DNA of 60,637 bases, counting the filler, from Basidiobolus ranarum (lineage: Eukaryota), in assembly GCA_040143965.1 (NCBI GenBank). It is 16 parts of 16 records of this genome, joined end to end, with 100 filler letters (N's around TTAATTAATTAA, not from the genome) between each part and the next. Parts side by side here need not be neighbours in the genome. Positions count along the whole stretch, not along the records: positions 1 to 3,712 come from JASJQH010002322.1; positions 3,813 to 7,522 come from JASJQH010002323.1; positions 7,623 to 11,330 come from JASJQH010002324.1; positions 11,431 to 15,136 come from JASJQH010002325.1; 12 more parts are not named here. The stretch is one strand, 5' to 3'. Every line of letters starts with the position of its first letter. Position 1 is the stretch's first letter. Both the position numbers and the translations under genes were made by a program. Below are positions 1 to 13,256 of the stretch, piece after piece. Under the pieces are notes generated by a model. That model had not been told where the DNA came from. It was given only the letters and a program-made list of their open reading frames with translations, and made no database searches.

Positions 1-193
1 AAACTTCTCCAAATCACCTCAAATTTTCACCCATGCTTAACAGGCATGTTTGTTATGATCTAAGCACATCCAATAGTCCTATTTCATAGTAAACTATAAA
101 TAGGACATATTGAATTCAATAAAACTTAAGTGTCTAATTCACAAATCCAAATCTTGTCCAAAACACTTTCAAATGCCCTAAACACTTTTATCA
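1..193 (+). mobile_element. 3' part of a Ty1/copia LTR (family A), probable 5' LTR
   Basis: Diverged direct repeat of 1851-2040. Ends ...TTTTATCA like the complete copy at 21135-21475. Followed by GGTTA, a degenerate PBS-like sequence. Confidence 0.7.
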
Positions 194-1693
194 GGTTACA
201 AGGCAAGATAAGAGAAGGCTGGACAGGGAAGATACTTTGGCAAGAATCTTGAATGATGACTGGTGCTGATCAGACTGAAGTCTGATCAAAGAAAACAGGT
301 ATCTTATATAGTTATTGCAGGATGCAATAAAATGTACTCAATAGGGAATATATTGCAGCAATTTCAAGCGTTGGAATGTTGGGGACCACAAGGACCTATT
401 TGTGAGATAAAATGATTGGTCAGATCTCATAGAATATTCTGAGAAACTTTACTTCTGCTTAAGGTAACTTGGATAAACTAGCACAAGCTTGCTAAGAAAG
501 GATAGCACAGCAGACATAATGTCATAATCTGATAATAGCAGAGTTGCATTTTCAGTGGATGGGCTTGCCAACATCAGAATCATGACAGGCATGGTACAAC
601 AAGATTAATACCTGTTTGAAATTATAGGAATTTCAAAATGCACAGCTGATTGCAGTATTTAGATCAAAACTACTGGAAATAGGATCCTCATTTTGTCACT
701 ATATGTGGATAACTTGATCATAGCCACAAATGATCTAGAAGCACTTAATCAGACAAGAAGCTGCTTATCAAACCATTCACAGCTGACCAATATTGGTGAA
801 TAGAGCTATTTCCTTGGAATCCATATCAAGAGAGATAAACTCAATCACAAAATCATGCTGAATCTGTCTGGATACATCCTCAACATCCTAAATAGCTTGA
901 ACATGGTGAAAAGCAAGTCTGTATCACTACTAATGAGTCCCAATGTGAAATTAATGAAAACTTCATCTGATTTGGGCTAAAATGAAACAAATCAAAAGCC
1001 AGGAGTTCCCTTATCAGTCCATTGTGGATAGTTTAATGTATACAATAGTAGGAACACATCCACACACTGCTGTGGTAGTGAGAACTGCCATCCCCTATCT
1101 AAAAAATCCATGATCTGAGCACAAAACTGCAATGAAACTAAAATTCAGGTATTTGAGAGGAATTTTAGATCTAGTCCTAGAAAACTCTGGCACCCTTGAT
1201 GGAAAGTTCTGAAGGCTACAGTCATGCAGACTGTGGACAGAACCTAGATGATAGAAGATCAACAACTGGGTACACTTTTCTCAATTGTCATGGAGACATA
1301 ACTTGGAATAATAAGAAGCAACTAACCAAAGAACTTCCCACTACAGAGGCAGAGTATATGGCTGCATCTGCTACTATACAAGAAGCTATGTGGTTAAGGA
1401 AGTTAAATACAGACTTAGGATATATACATAATGTGCTATTACTGTATTTGAAGATGAACAAAGTTATATATCATTTGGCAAAACCTGACATTTCATGCTA
1501 GATCAAAACATATGGATATCTATCATCCTTTTGTTAGAGAAGCAATAGAGAATGATATAATTTAACTTGCCTATTTCCCTGCTGACAGAATGATTGCTGA
1601 CATCTTAACCAAGCCTTTAGCCAAAGCACAATTTTAATTATTAACTTATAAGTCAGGTTTAAGAAAAGTTCTAAATAATTAGTTGAGTGGGAA
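194..1693 (+). pseudogene. Degenerate, internally deleted Ty1/copia pol (RT + RNase H)
   Basis: Broken frames carry YVDNLII (YVDD), RRSTTGY, TTEAEYMAAS, ARSKHMDI and MIADILTKPL. PPT-like TTGAGTGGGAA lies just before the LTR at 1694. Confidence 0.85.
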
Positions 1694-2040
1694 TGTTCAA
1701 AATAGGCAAATGTAACTCATTTTTTAGTAGTGAGTTTCTTCCTATTCTGATTATTTTGCACCTAGTTCTGCCATTCAAAGACCTGTGTTTATTGCTCTAA
1801 TTGATAGAAAAATCAAATAGATCACTTTTACCAATTTTCACTTTTTTCTCAAAACTTCTTCAAATCAACTCAAATTTCACCCATGCTTAAAAGGCTTGTT
1901 TGCTATGATCTAAGCACATCCAACATTCCTAATTTGGGGTAAGAATAAGCAGGATATATTTAATTCAACAAAACGTAAGTGCATAATTTACAAATCAAAA
2001 TTATGTCCGAAACATTTGCAAATCCCCTAAAACACTTTTT
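1694..2040 (+). mobile_element. Ty1/copia 3' LTR (family A)
   Basis: Starts TGTT right after the PPT. Homologous to 1-193 and to 21135-21475 (reverse). Confidence 0.75.
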
Positions 2041-3712
2041 TGAAGATTCCTTTATTGTGATAATTCTATCCACATTCTCTGTGGAGGGGCGTTCAAAAGT
2101 GTGCACAAAAGTCATTTTGGAAGTTGATGGTCTTGACACTGTCTCTGTTGAACTTTGCTCAGCTATTTGTTTCCTGTGTAATTAGGAGATTACAGTTTCT
2201 TCACTTGCACTGCTGGTAGGGAACACATCTAGTAAATAGATTAATGCTTTATCAATACTTGAGTTAGTTTCCAGCATGTTAATATCTTCCAAAGTGGATA
2301 GTGGACTGCTATACCACTCATCAATTTGATCCTCTGTTCTTGCTGGTTTTTTTCCTTTTGTACCAGCAGCCTTTTGCCAGAAGCCAATTTTGACTTAGAT
2401 TTTGAATGCTTTTTGAATGACATTAAAATTTTCACATGGTCAACATGGTGTAATGAAATTGCTTAGCAACAGCCTATAATAAACTAAATTTGCCATCCAT
2501 TACTGGAAATCTCCTGTCAATCACCTGATGACTCTTCTGTGACACTATCCCAGAGTCAGCGGATAATATTGATGGCATATTCATAAAATACCACCCTTAT
2601 GTAGGAGGTGTTCTTTTTTCTACAGTATCCTTCTCATGCTGTAATACCAATGTTTAAAGAAGCCCTGCTATTGTTGTCAAAGAATCTTATATTATGAAAG
2701 CTGAAGGCTTCAATGAAAATATAATTATAAGCTTTGTCACTATACAAAGGCACTTGCTGCACAAAACCTGGTGAATAGCAATAGCAATAAGTACAAAAAT
2801 TTTACTTTAGTTTTACCCACTGAGTCCAATGGCTATGCTTTCCCTCTGATATTAAAGAACACTGCTGAAAGTACTGTGGAGTTACCACATTCATATTGCC
2901 AAAATGATGGAGGTAGAGATGCAACATTGGTTAAACCAATAAGTTTTTACATCTCTGAGGACATGATGCTACTTGTTAGACTTGTTCCATTTTATTAAGC
3001 CAGATCAGGTGACCCAAAGAGTGTGCCAGCACAAATTGTCAAAATAGGCACTATCTGGCACAATCTTATATACCATTCTGGAAACAGCAGTTTCACTTAT
3101 GTGACATATTTAGAAAAGAAGCTTTTACACATTATTGCACATTCAAAAGATGATGAAAGCATTATTTGTAGTGTCTTAAGTCCAGAGCTCTCAATGGATG
3201 TTGTTGAGTATGAATGTATTGAGAGTTAATCATGATTTTGACTTCTTTGCCCAAGTTTGATTGAGGCCCACAAATTTGCTTTCCTCTATACTTTCCTGCT
3301 ACAATTCAATATCTCTTTAGGAAATCAAAGATATGTTCTACTCTTGCTCTCAAATGGCAAAAAATGTCATTATAAAGCTTTTGCCTCTATGTGAGTATTC
3401 CTCCTTTGGGCCTCATAGTAGCTGCAACATATCCTAGCCTTCTGCATGTTGTTCAATTGTGGGCAAAGTAGCCATTTTGGAAGTTGATGGACTTGACAAT
3501 GTTTTGGTTGAACTTTGCTCAACTATTAATTTACTATGTAATTGGGGGATTACAATCTCTTCACTTGCACTATCGCTGGAAAGGAACACATCTGGTCAAT
3601 TGATTAATGCTTTATCAATACTTGAGTTAGTTTCCAGCATGTTAATATCTTCCAAAGTGGATAGTGGACTGCTATACCACTCATCAATTTGATCCTCTGT
3701 TCTTGCTGGTTT
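2041..3712. mobile_element. Remnants of a multi-copy En/Spm (Tnp2)-like DNA transposon family
   Basis: Segments match 33100-34140, and 20460-21120 and 60190-60637 in reverse. Internal duplication of about 2100-2350 at about 3460-3712. Strongly CpG-depleted. Confidence 0.6.
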
Positions 3713-3812
3713 NNNNNNNNNNNNNNNNNNNNNNNNNNNNNNNNNNNNNNNNNNNNTTAATTAATTAANNNNNNNNNNNNNNNNNNNNNNNNNNNNNNNN
3801 NNNNNNNNNNNN
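3713..3812. other. Artificial contig spacer (first of 15)
   Basis: 44 N + TTAATTAATTAA (stops in all six frames) + 44 N. Identical spacers start at 7523, 11331, 15137, 18942, 22746, 26547, 30346, 34143, 37938, 41730, 45517, 49301, 53084 and 56864. Confidence 0.99.
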
Positions 3813-4560
3813 ATAATTGACAAGGAAACAAGGTAAGCAAATATGTGACCATTATTTGAGCTTACAATATCGATCACATCGGCCAGTGCTTTATTGACGA
3901 CAAAGATGAGATTCTCCTGAAGGAGTCTCATTGCCCACCATCAACCACCAGTAGAAATATTTGCCATTTCATTGGTATTTACCTGATTGGCTTATTTGCT
4001 GGCATATCGATAACAACTCGTGAAGAGCTCTATCATACTTCAGACAAGTCAAAAACAGACGGTGGATCAGATAGCTGAGAGTGGTATGTTGCAGAAGATG
4101 AAGATCAAAGAGTATAGGTTGAATATCACAAGACTGATAGTAATCTTTACCATTCTAAATCAAGACATCCAATCCAATACATTCGACGATCACCAGAGAA
4201 CAAATGAAACAATTGATTGGTGTGTTAAGGATTCTTTATTAATCGCAGCCAAAACCATATTTGGAGTTAGCTTCCCACCAACTGGAGTATGGTTGTATTA
4301 AGATACTAGTATTTTGATAAACTAAATATATTCATACTTTTTTCTTTACGTTGCTGGAATATGTTAAAACTCTTCGCATGAGGGTGAAGCAAAGTTATTC
4401 TGGATCATTCAATCCTTGAGCTTTATTCTTAATCTTATGTGCTTAATGAGAATAAATCAATTTGACGGTAAAGTATTCGAAATGCTGCGTGATTGGTTAG
4501 TGAAGGTCTGTAAATAATCTGTGGGAAAATTTATTTTGCTTTCCATGATAGATAACCATG

Positions 4561-4790
4561 GAAGTATTTTGGGAGTTGTTGGAAGTGGTTTGGAGCACTA
4601 GAAAGAATTGATGGTTTTCACTTATTGATGTATTGAGTGGAAAGTTTACATCTATAGTTTTGTCAAAAGGTAAACAAACACATTTGTAGAATGTGTTAAG
4701 GAAGGTCCCAGGAACATGTGTACAAAGTTTGGGGCCTCTAGTACAAGTGCTCAAAATTTATATATCTGGGAACTTCTAAGTAAATGGAGT
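4561..4790 (-). mobile_element. Partial solo LTR, copia family B
   Basis: Reverse complement of the 3' part of the LTR at 41181-41508 and 37379-37728. Confidence 0.7.
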
Positions 4791-4904
4791 AGTCCAAATG
4801 AGCGTGAAACACCTATGAATGAGAAATGGTAGTTATCCGCCTATAATTTTTATGTATAAACTATAACAGTTTGAAGAATTATGTTAACTGCATTTGATGT
4901 TATG

Positions 4905-5173
4905 TGTTGAAAATGACATAGCTTAAGCATAGTCAAACGTGTCCAAAAGACCCTAAACTTTGTACACATGTTCCTGGGACCTTCTTAAACGTATTCCACA
5001 CGTTAGTTTATCTACTTCTGAACAATAGTATAAATGTCAACTTATACTCAATAAATCACGGCATATTGCACATATTGGTCTTGACAAAAGTATAAATGTA
5101 AATCATTAAGTGAAAAGCACCAATTCTTCTAGTTCTCCAAATCACTTCCAACAACTCCCAAAATACTTCAACA
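4905..5173 (+). mobile_element. Internally deleted solo LTR, copia family B
   Basis: Begins TGTTGAAAATG (compare TGTTGAAATTG at 41181) and ends CTTCAACA. Inverted relative to 4561-4790. Confidence 0.65.
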
Positions 5174-6193
5174 ATATGTTGAAATACTGAAGTTAAAGTC
5201 AAAGCATTTATGCAACCAAGTTAATATTTCTAATTTCTTAGGATACGATAAGATTGTATTAATATTTAGAAAATATTAAACGGCTCAACATGCCAAAAAT
5301 TCCACAACAGCAAACTGAGGATATCCTTACTATTACCGCACTTGTAGTAATTGATATATTTTACTTCAGAGTTCATCTGGCACTTCCTAAAGACCCAAAT
5401 ACTCATGAGTACAAGAAAAGGTGAGGATTAGTAAACGAAACTGACCCTTTCGTGTAAAATCTCGCACGAAGCAAATAATTATATATTGATGTATATAAAC
5501 ATACTTAACTTTAATACTTTTTCAATCAGTTAGAATGCAGCAGCTGAAGTGATACAATTTGCAAGATACGTAGAATACGTTAGTTATCGTATGTTGTATA
5601 GTATAGCAACATAAAATTTCTACGTCTTTCATATTTAAGAATATGGAATATCGTGTGTCCTGCATGCCATATATTAATCTGGAATTTGTGCATTGGAAAT
5701 GATCGTTACATAGCTGGAACTAGCATGTTAACATTACGGGGTTGCTGGTCGAAAAAATAGGGGCTAGTCGAGTGTTTTTTGCTGATTATTGCCATTACGC
5801 TTGTCCCCGCATCATTCCTTTAATATATGTAGCTCCTAAAAACCATCAACGGTTGTCTATCGAGTAATCCTCAGAAATAGGAACTATGTTTTATATTGCT
5901 TAACTAATACTAACCATACTACATTAGCCATAATCTTGACCTGAAGATCATCCCTTACTGTTGAGATAAGCTTAGTTAGCCTATTTTACTATATTAGTAC
6001 CAAAACCAAAATTTAGTAGATGGAAATGGCAATATATATACATCAAGTACCCTACAGCTCACTCTCTGTCCTTCGCCTATTCTTCTTGACTCACTAGCTT
6101 TCTCAACTATTTACCATCCGCCTATATCTATTAAGTGTGATTGAAATCCACTTGGAGTATTCACACCACCACCACCCATACTTGCCACCTTAG

Positions 6194-7144
6194 ATGAATT
6201 CAACAATGGATGCAAAATCTTCGGACTTTGTGACATTTGACCTTGAATGGTACACCATGACAAATATGGCCATGTTAATTTTCGCAGCCACTCTAATGGT
6301 TCATATTAGCAATGCATATCGCTCATTTCAATTGTTTCGCCAGTTTCCATCCAACAATTACTTCATATTGAATGTGTGTGAATCTTTTGCTGGAGTCGCT
6401 TGCCATTTATGCCGCATCAGCGATTATTTCTTCTCAACTGACTGCCACTTCAAGGGTTATTTCAATGGTGTATTCTATTATATCAGCACAACACTAGCTA
6501 CCATGATTATGGGACACCGTTGCTTTTCAGTAACGCCAGTGCGGTATATCTATGGAATAATCTCGATTCTACTTCAAGCGATCAAGTTTGGTGGGATGGT
6601 CAGGCTCACTCTTACGCTGACGATTATGATAGGGAAATTTCGCGATTGTGTAGCAATGCCAGAAGCCATGTCTTTATCGATTTCAATGATATCTGAACTC
6701 ATGCTTAATGTATTTCTACTCTCATGGTGGATAGTGCTAATTGTCATTAAGGTCTATCAACAGCCGAATAGGTTCTCAAAGGTATTCAGAGAAGACGGCG
6801 CTGGATATACCATGTTTAGCGCTGCGACAACCATAGTCCTCTTCGGACTCGTCTACAACAACCTCATCTTTGGGTTAAATCCGGAGGTTTTGATCCAAAC
6901 GAAGTGTAAGTATATTATCTACAAACATTAGGAGTATGCTCTAACCAACATTAATACAGGGGCCACTGAATCTAAAATGTGTGTGGCTCAGCTTGAAGCT
7001 TTGGCTAAGGATTTGAAGCGCAATGGGAAGAGTGGCAATTCAAAAGTCCATTCACTTACGTCTGGCTGGACCTGGGCAAACTCTAAAAAAAATAGTACTG
7101 GAACTAGCGCCAATAGACGCTTAAATGAAACATCTGTAGTATAA
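6194..7144 (+). CDS. Seven-transmembrane, GPCR-like membrane protein (2 exons: 6194-6905, 6960-7144)
   Basis: ORF with about 7 hydrophobic segments, Cys before TM3 (TDC) and in the TM4-5 loop (FRDC). A GTAAGT..CTAAC..CAG intron at 6906-6959 restores the frame to TAA at 7142-7144. Confidence 0.75.
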
Positions 7145-7622
7145 AGGTATCTTTAGTATAAAACCCATATCATAATGTTAACAAAAGTATCGTTTCATTT
7201 CTTGTTTACTTTATTTAAACGATGTTCGTACTACAAAAGTCATTATTTCCATAATAGCAAGAACAGTCAAAGTTTCGGGAATAAAGCAGTTGTAGATAGT
7301 TGATTCATGTATATACTAGCTATATAGGCTAAAAGAAAAGACTGGGGCAACAACGAATCACCACTCTTTCCTAAAATAGATCTGTTTGCCATTATTCCTG
7401 AAATATTTACCCTGGTTTTTACTTTACATAACCGCTTGATTGCTGGACCTGGGTAATTGCGAAAGTGCCATCAGGTGTGCATAGTATAAGGAGAGTGTTG
7501 GGTTCATATTGATTAGTATTGCNNNNNNNNNNNNNNNNNNNNNNNNNNNNNNNNNNNNNNNNNNNNTTAATTAATTAANNNNNNNNNNNNNNNNNNNNNN
7601 NNNNNNNNNNNNNNNNNNNNNN

Positions 7623-7736
7623 GCGAAGAGCCAGTCTAAGGACACTGAGAAAGCCAACAAACTCCCTGCTTCGATTAAGGTGAAAGCCGAATTTCACTAC
7701 GATCCCAAGTGTGTAACTAGCGAAGCCAAAGAGTGA
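7623..7736 (+). CDS. Possible 3' end of an unidentified gene cut by the contig edge
   Basis: Open frame AKSQSKDTEKANKLPASIKVKAEFHYDPKCVTSEAKE* with C/G-ending codon bias. No recognised motif. Confidence 0.3.
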   Translation, partial: AKSQSKDTEKANKLPASIKVKAEFHYDPKCVTSEAKE

Positions 7737-10700
7737 GTGCCTTCAATCTATTATAGTTGGAAAAACAACTCCACTGTGGTGCCAATATGTGATTTTTAAG
7801 GAATCTCACCCAAGAAAAGATTCCGTAATTCTTTTCCCTTACGTCCTCTTACCTTTTTTCCATGCTATTCTCGAGATATTTAATTGTAATGAACATAAAG
7901 TTTGATTAGTTTAATGATGGGAATTTGACATTCTTGCCCCAATATGTCAACCGACTCAGACTTTAGATGTAAATTTCTTTCTTACTTGATTGACTTCCAC
8001 TTGGCTGCTCCGGTACAAATACTGGTTTGAGAGTGGCTTCTATTGTTATTTTTCTGACTCTACTCGGCCTAAAGTTCCAACTAATTAGTTAGGAATTTCT
8101 ATTTATTATTGTTTATTAAAGGCATTGGATCGAATCAGATATATTCTAACGGTACACGGTTATTTATAACAAACCAAGAGATACTCCATTAATTGATTTG
8201 GTGTCATACTGCACGCGTACGCTATTCTGAAAACCATTTAACAGTAGTACAAAAACTAGGAAATTTTATTGCAGTTCTTTGATACTCCCCCATCCTATTT
8301 TTTATCCAGGTGTTTCGGGCATTACAGTTAGGATATTTGTAGCTTATGAACCAAGGTAGAAAGAAGTTGAAATCAGAAGTGTTGAGTGTATATTTCAAAT
8401 GGCAATTAACAGAGTCAAACTCTCAATGTTACAGGTATTCAAGTTAATCCCACCAGTACCCATTCTTCTCTAACAAATATTCTGAGCATAACCTCAAGGT
8501 CTGTTATATGTGTTATTATGAAACTTTGAAATATTAACTTATCACTATCCCCCAGCCTCTTGATTATCCAATGACTTGAAAACACTCAATATTGTAGAAA
8601 ATGTTGGCACACTGAGGGATTGAGCTCTTGCCAACTATGAATGCACACATTTCAAACAATATTGAAGTCGTAATCAGTATATATTTGGTGGTTAAACAGA
8701 CATATTGAATTCGACAGTACTTTGCAACAGTAAGTAGGCACAATAGCATCTAATTTGAGATCGTTATAAACTATATGACTTCAGATGACTCAAGTAGTCG
8801 ACGTATATTTCACATCTTCAATGCCAGATCACGATCTTTAATTAACAGTTCTAAATGCAGGCTAAAGCTTACAATACCATACAAAGCACCGTGGATATTA
8901 CCAGAGCATCCTGAAAAACACGGCTTATGAGTGAAAGCTTGGACAAGCGCTATTCCCACCAAAAGTATACCATGATATCCTCATAGTGTCTCTAGAAGTG
9001 GCTTGATGGATGCAAGTACCTATCAAATTTTATCCATCACATATATGCATTCATTGGTTTGATAGTCTCATGGCATGTTGCATCTTTCCAGCATTTTCGA
9101 TTTCTCGGATAAAGTTTAGAGTAATGGCTTAGCACTTACCCAGGACATGAGCAACGTGTAGTACTAGGATGACTCTGACACCTGGGCACCCTTGACTAGT
9201 ACATATGAGAGAAACCGGCCAGATTAAGCCGTAAAGAATAGCTATAGATAGATAAACCGGTTTGGAAGCATGCAGTGTAATCATATTAACATCACTCCAC
9301 CTTTTCTTGCCAGCTCATCTCTAGTAACTCATAATTTTCGAACAGTAAGCATGGTGATCCTGATCAAAAGGTAAGACATCAAGCTCTTCCTAGAAGATCA
9401 CAGACGAGACTGACAACAGGGTCTGAGTATATTTGTATCCCTCGATTTCAACACTCTATCACTGGGTGGACAGGAAACTACTAAAAACCCGAAACAATCC
9501 TAGCCACTCCACTTATGCCAAAGTGGAAGTCATTACAAGAATACCAGTGATTCCCCTAGATGATGTGTTGTATTAGCCCGCAATCAGTGACAAAGAAATT
9601 CGATCTAAATCAGTATTATTGCCACACCATTTGACACGCACAAACATTCATGCTTTTGTTATTCGGTGATTCGTAAGTTCACTGGTACGTTAGATGAGTG
9701 ATAAGTTGTAAAGATGAATGAGGATCCCTACTTTCTTAAGAATACGCTCATTTTTTCACCACCAACACCTTACACGCTAAATGTTTTGTCCTAGCAGTCG
9801 TAATACATGGGGGAGTACATGAAGTTGACTTGTTTAAACAAGCCACATGGTGGATATTTACGACATGACTACGACACAGCGCGCAAGTACAGCATGGAGC
9901 TTTCAACTGAGTCACAGTGAAGGTAACAGTCTATCTTGACTTGTTTAGCTGCGTCGATGTCTTGACAAGCCCAGGTCATTAATAGATTCCGTGGCAACGG
10001 TGATAAACCAGGGGCATGCTGACACAGTATAATACGATGACTCTGCGGTGATACTGCCACAGGGGAAACCGACTAAATTGAATTAGCTTTGGCCAAAGTC
10101 CACCCCCATGATGGAATCACCTTTACAATGCCAAATTTGATACTAATGAAAAGCTCGATAAATCAAGGATGTTACTTTCCACTATCCACATATTAACTAC
10201 ATATGATCATTACTATGTTAAGTCTCTAATACAAGTAAATGTATGGCGTACTGCATTCTCTACCCGTGAAAGGAAATGCACACAATGATCATCTATACGA
10301 TAAGTAACCAAACCTATTGGATTACCCTGTTTGCATTTCTATCATATTCCTCAATCAGCAGCCACCGAATGTTTACGGAATGTGCATGAAGCGTGGTGGC
10401 GGATTGGACATTCAAGCGTGGAATCAACGGAAAAGACTTGAGCAGCATCCATGAGTACTGTCAATGGGTGTATTTGTATACATTTCGGGAATTGAGACCT
10501 AAAGAGTCATTGCGAAACCCAAATATTGTTAGAGTCTTAACTCGTTAATATCCTTGTGCAAACTTTACCCTTGGAAATCGCTCCCAATTTACACAAGTAG
10601 CCCGCCTAAGAGCTAGATTGGATCAAATGGAGAGCACGAGGATCTATAATACTATATAAATCAAAACTTAGATCTATAAGCAATGCTATGACTCATGAAT

Positions 10701-10940
10701 TTGACGGCGAAGAAAAGAATAGAATTTCCTTAAACTTGTTTCGACTTTACTCAGTTTTCCGCAAACAGCAGTTCAATGAACAAACTAGTCAGCAAAAAAG
10801 ATTAGGTACTCTACGATAACGATAATGGGAATGCGTCAGCATTTCCAGTGAGTGGCTTTGGGATTCGATGAAACTATTTAAGAGACCGCAGGTATCTAAC
10901 AAACGATAACTCTACTGAAGTTAAATACATATTATTCAAA

Positions 10941-11330
<390 letters not shown>

Positions 11331-11479
11331 NNNNNNNNNNNNNNNNNNNNNNNNNNNNNNNNNNNNNNNNNNNNTTAATTAATTAANNNNNNNNNNNNNN
11401 NNNNNNNNNNNNNNNNNNNNNNNNNNNNNNGTCATACAGTTGGTCCTCCTCTTCTTCTTCCTCCTCATGGTCCAGCTCT

Positions 11480-11605
11480 TGGTCCATTCGTAGATCTACT
11501 CATTCAAGACCTAGACCTACTGCATACTGAGTTACTACCATCTCACCCCTTCACGCATCACTCCTCTTATCCTTTCCTCCGAAAAACCCGTACTGATTTC
11601 TAGTT
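11480..11605 (+). repeat. Repeat copy, inverted partner of 15002-15136
   Basis: Aligns with the reverse complement of 15002-15136. Both are open frames ending ...TDF*. Confidence 0.75.
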
Positions 11606-11901
11606 GCCTCTAAAAATCGAAACTATCCGATCCTATTCCATTTTAATTGTGACATATCTCTGGCTCAACATCGCCTCATTGTCATTTGTTCACCATCAAC
11701 CAAGCCAATAAATAAAAACATCAACTTTACGTTCGATGATCAGAGTGAGCTTTTGGATTGCTCAATTAAAATACCACAATACGTATCAACATATAAACAG
11801 CTAATGAAGAAAGCAATGTATCATTAGATTTCCCAAATATTCAAATGCCACTTTATCACGGTTGAAGTATTTTACAAGTTTATTCTCTTCCATGTTCATT
11901 C

Positions 11902-13055
11902 TTAGTATTTATCATCCCTATATTTTCTTCTAGATTCCTCATACTTGGAGCTATGCGAGTAACGTTCAGACCTCTCGTACTTGTCATCTCTATAAGAGCT
12001 TCTCTCTCCTCGACTCGAATTATCATCTCGGTAGTCCGAATCTCTCTTGGACCTCTCTCTGTTTTCTGAGCTTCTAGACTCCTCATACTTGGTGTCATGT
12101 GAGTAACGTTCTGATTTGTCGTACTTGTCATCTCTATATGAGCTTCTCTCTCCTCGACTCGACTTATCCTCTCGGTAGTCCGAATCTCTCTTGGATCTCT
12201 CTCTTTTTTCTATTTTACCTTGGTCATTTTCATCCTCTTTCCTAGATTTTTCTTCTTTTCGCTCTTTTTTGACTCGGCCATCTTTATCCTCTTTCTTATC
12301 TTTTTTCGACTTTTTGGACTTCTTCTCTCTACCTTCTTTAAGAGCTTTCTTTGCTTTTCTTTTTTCCTGGCGCTTTCTAATATATTCGGCCATAGGATCT
12401 TCTTCGTCTATATTTTCTGGAGCAGAGTTTGAATCGGAAGAGGAAGCCTCCAAAGTTGGTGGCATAGCATTATACTCGAATTTACGCGGAGCATCAGGAT
12501 CGTCACCATCCTTTGGTGGTTTGTACTGTGATACATGATCCACTCGAATTGTTCGTTCCATTACCTAGTTTGAATAATACATGTAAGTCTCTGTCGACAC
12601 GATATATTGTACTCCAACCGAGAAACAAACCTTGACTCCATTGAGATTATCCACAGCCAATATTGTACTTCTTTGATCTTGATAGCCTATGAAGCAAAAA
12701 CCTTTGGATTTTCCGGTCTTTTTATCACGAATCAAGTTTATATCTAAAATTTCACCAAACCTTGTAGAATTTAAAGTGTTAAAGTGGAAGGTAAAAACTC
12801 AATTACTGTTAAACTTTAACTGACTGTGAAAAAATGCATATAATATCTCCTTCGGTTAACTCAAAAGGTAAACCTCCAACATACAAATAAGCACTATCTT
12901 TGTATTGATTATGCCAGGAACCAGAACCATCTATATCACGGTTGGCCTCTTGTTCATTAATACGTTGGATCTCTTTGATGACACTACATAGAAAAGTGGT
13001 TAATAAGAAGTGGGAACTCTAGTGGTAGCAGGGAATGAATTTAAACCTACTTCAT
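11902..13055 (-). CDS. RBMX2: RES-complex RRM protein RBMX2/Ist3(Snu17)/Cwf29, multi-exon
   Basis: Spliced exons give [88 protein letters not shown], followed by a K/R/S/D-rich tail. Confidence 0.92.
11930..12203 (-). repeat. 144-bp (48-aa) coding tandem duplication in the RBMX2 tail
   Basis: [36 protein letters not shown] occurs twice. Matching DNA starts at 11930 and 12074. Confidence 0.85.
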
Positions 13056-13256
13056 GAGACAAGTAGTACGCTGAGGTTAACAGATACACAAGTTGTCATT
13101 AATTAACATCTAACAAATATTCATGTGTGATTCATGATAAGAATATAAAAAAATGAATGCTAACCGTTTTGTTGATCATGTAATTTCGATAAATATAATA
13201 TTCATTCGAAATTTGTTAAATATCTAAGTAAGACCAGTACTGTATTGAAAAGCAGT

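Noticed and set aside
3813-4301. Possible terminal exons ending ..AAKTIFGVSFPPTGVWLY*
   Set aside because: Could be a gene 3' end, but no consistent splice model or family could be supported. The same applies to fragments at 22846-23330, 41830-42300 and 49401-49590.
4561-5173. MITE or Ginger-like element with long TIRs
   Set aside because: The arms match the sequence at 41181-41508, which is followed by a PBS and gag, so they are LTR copies.
12191-12538. Phe/Ser/Leu-rich plus-strand ORFs
   Set aside because: Antisense shadows of the Lys/Glu-rich RBMX2 tail.
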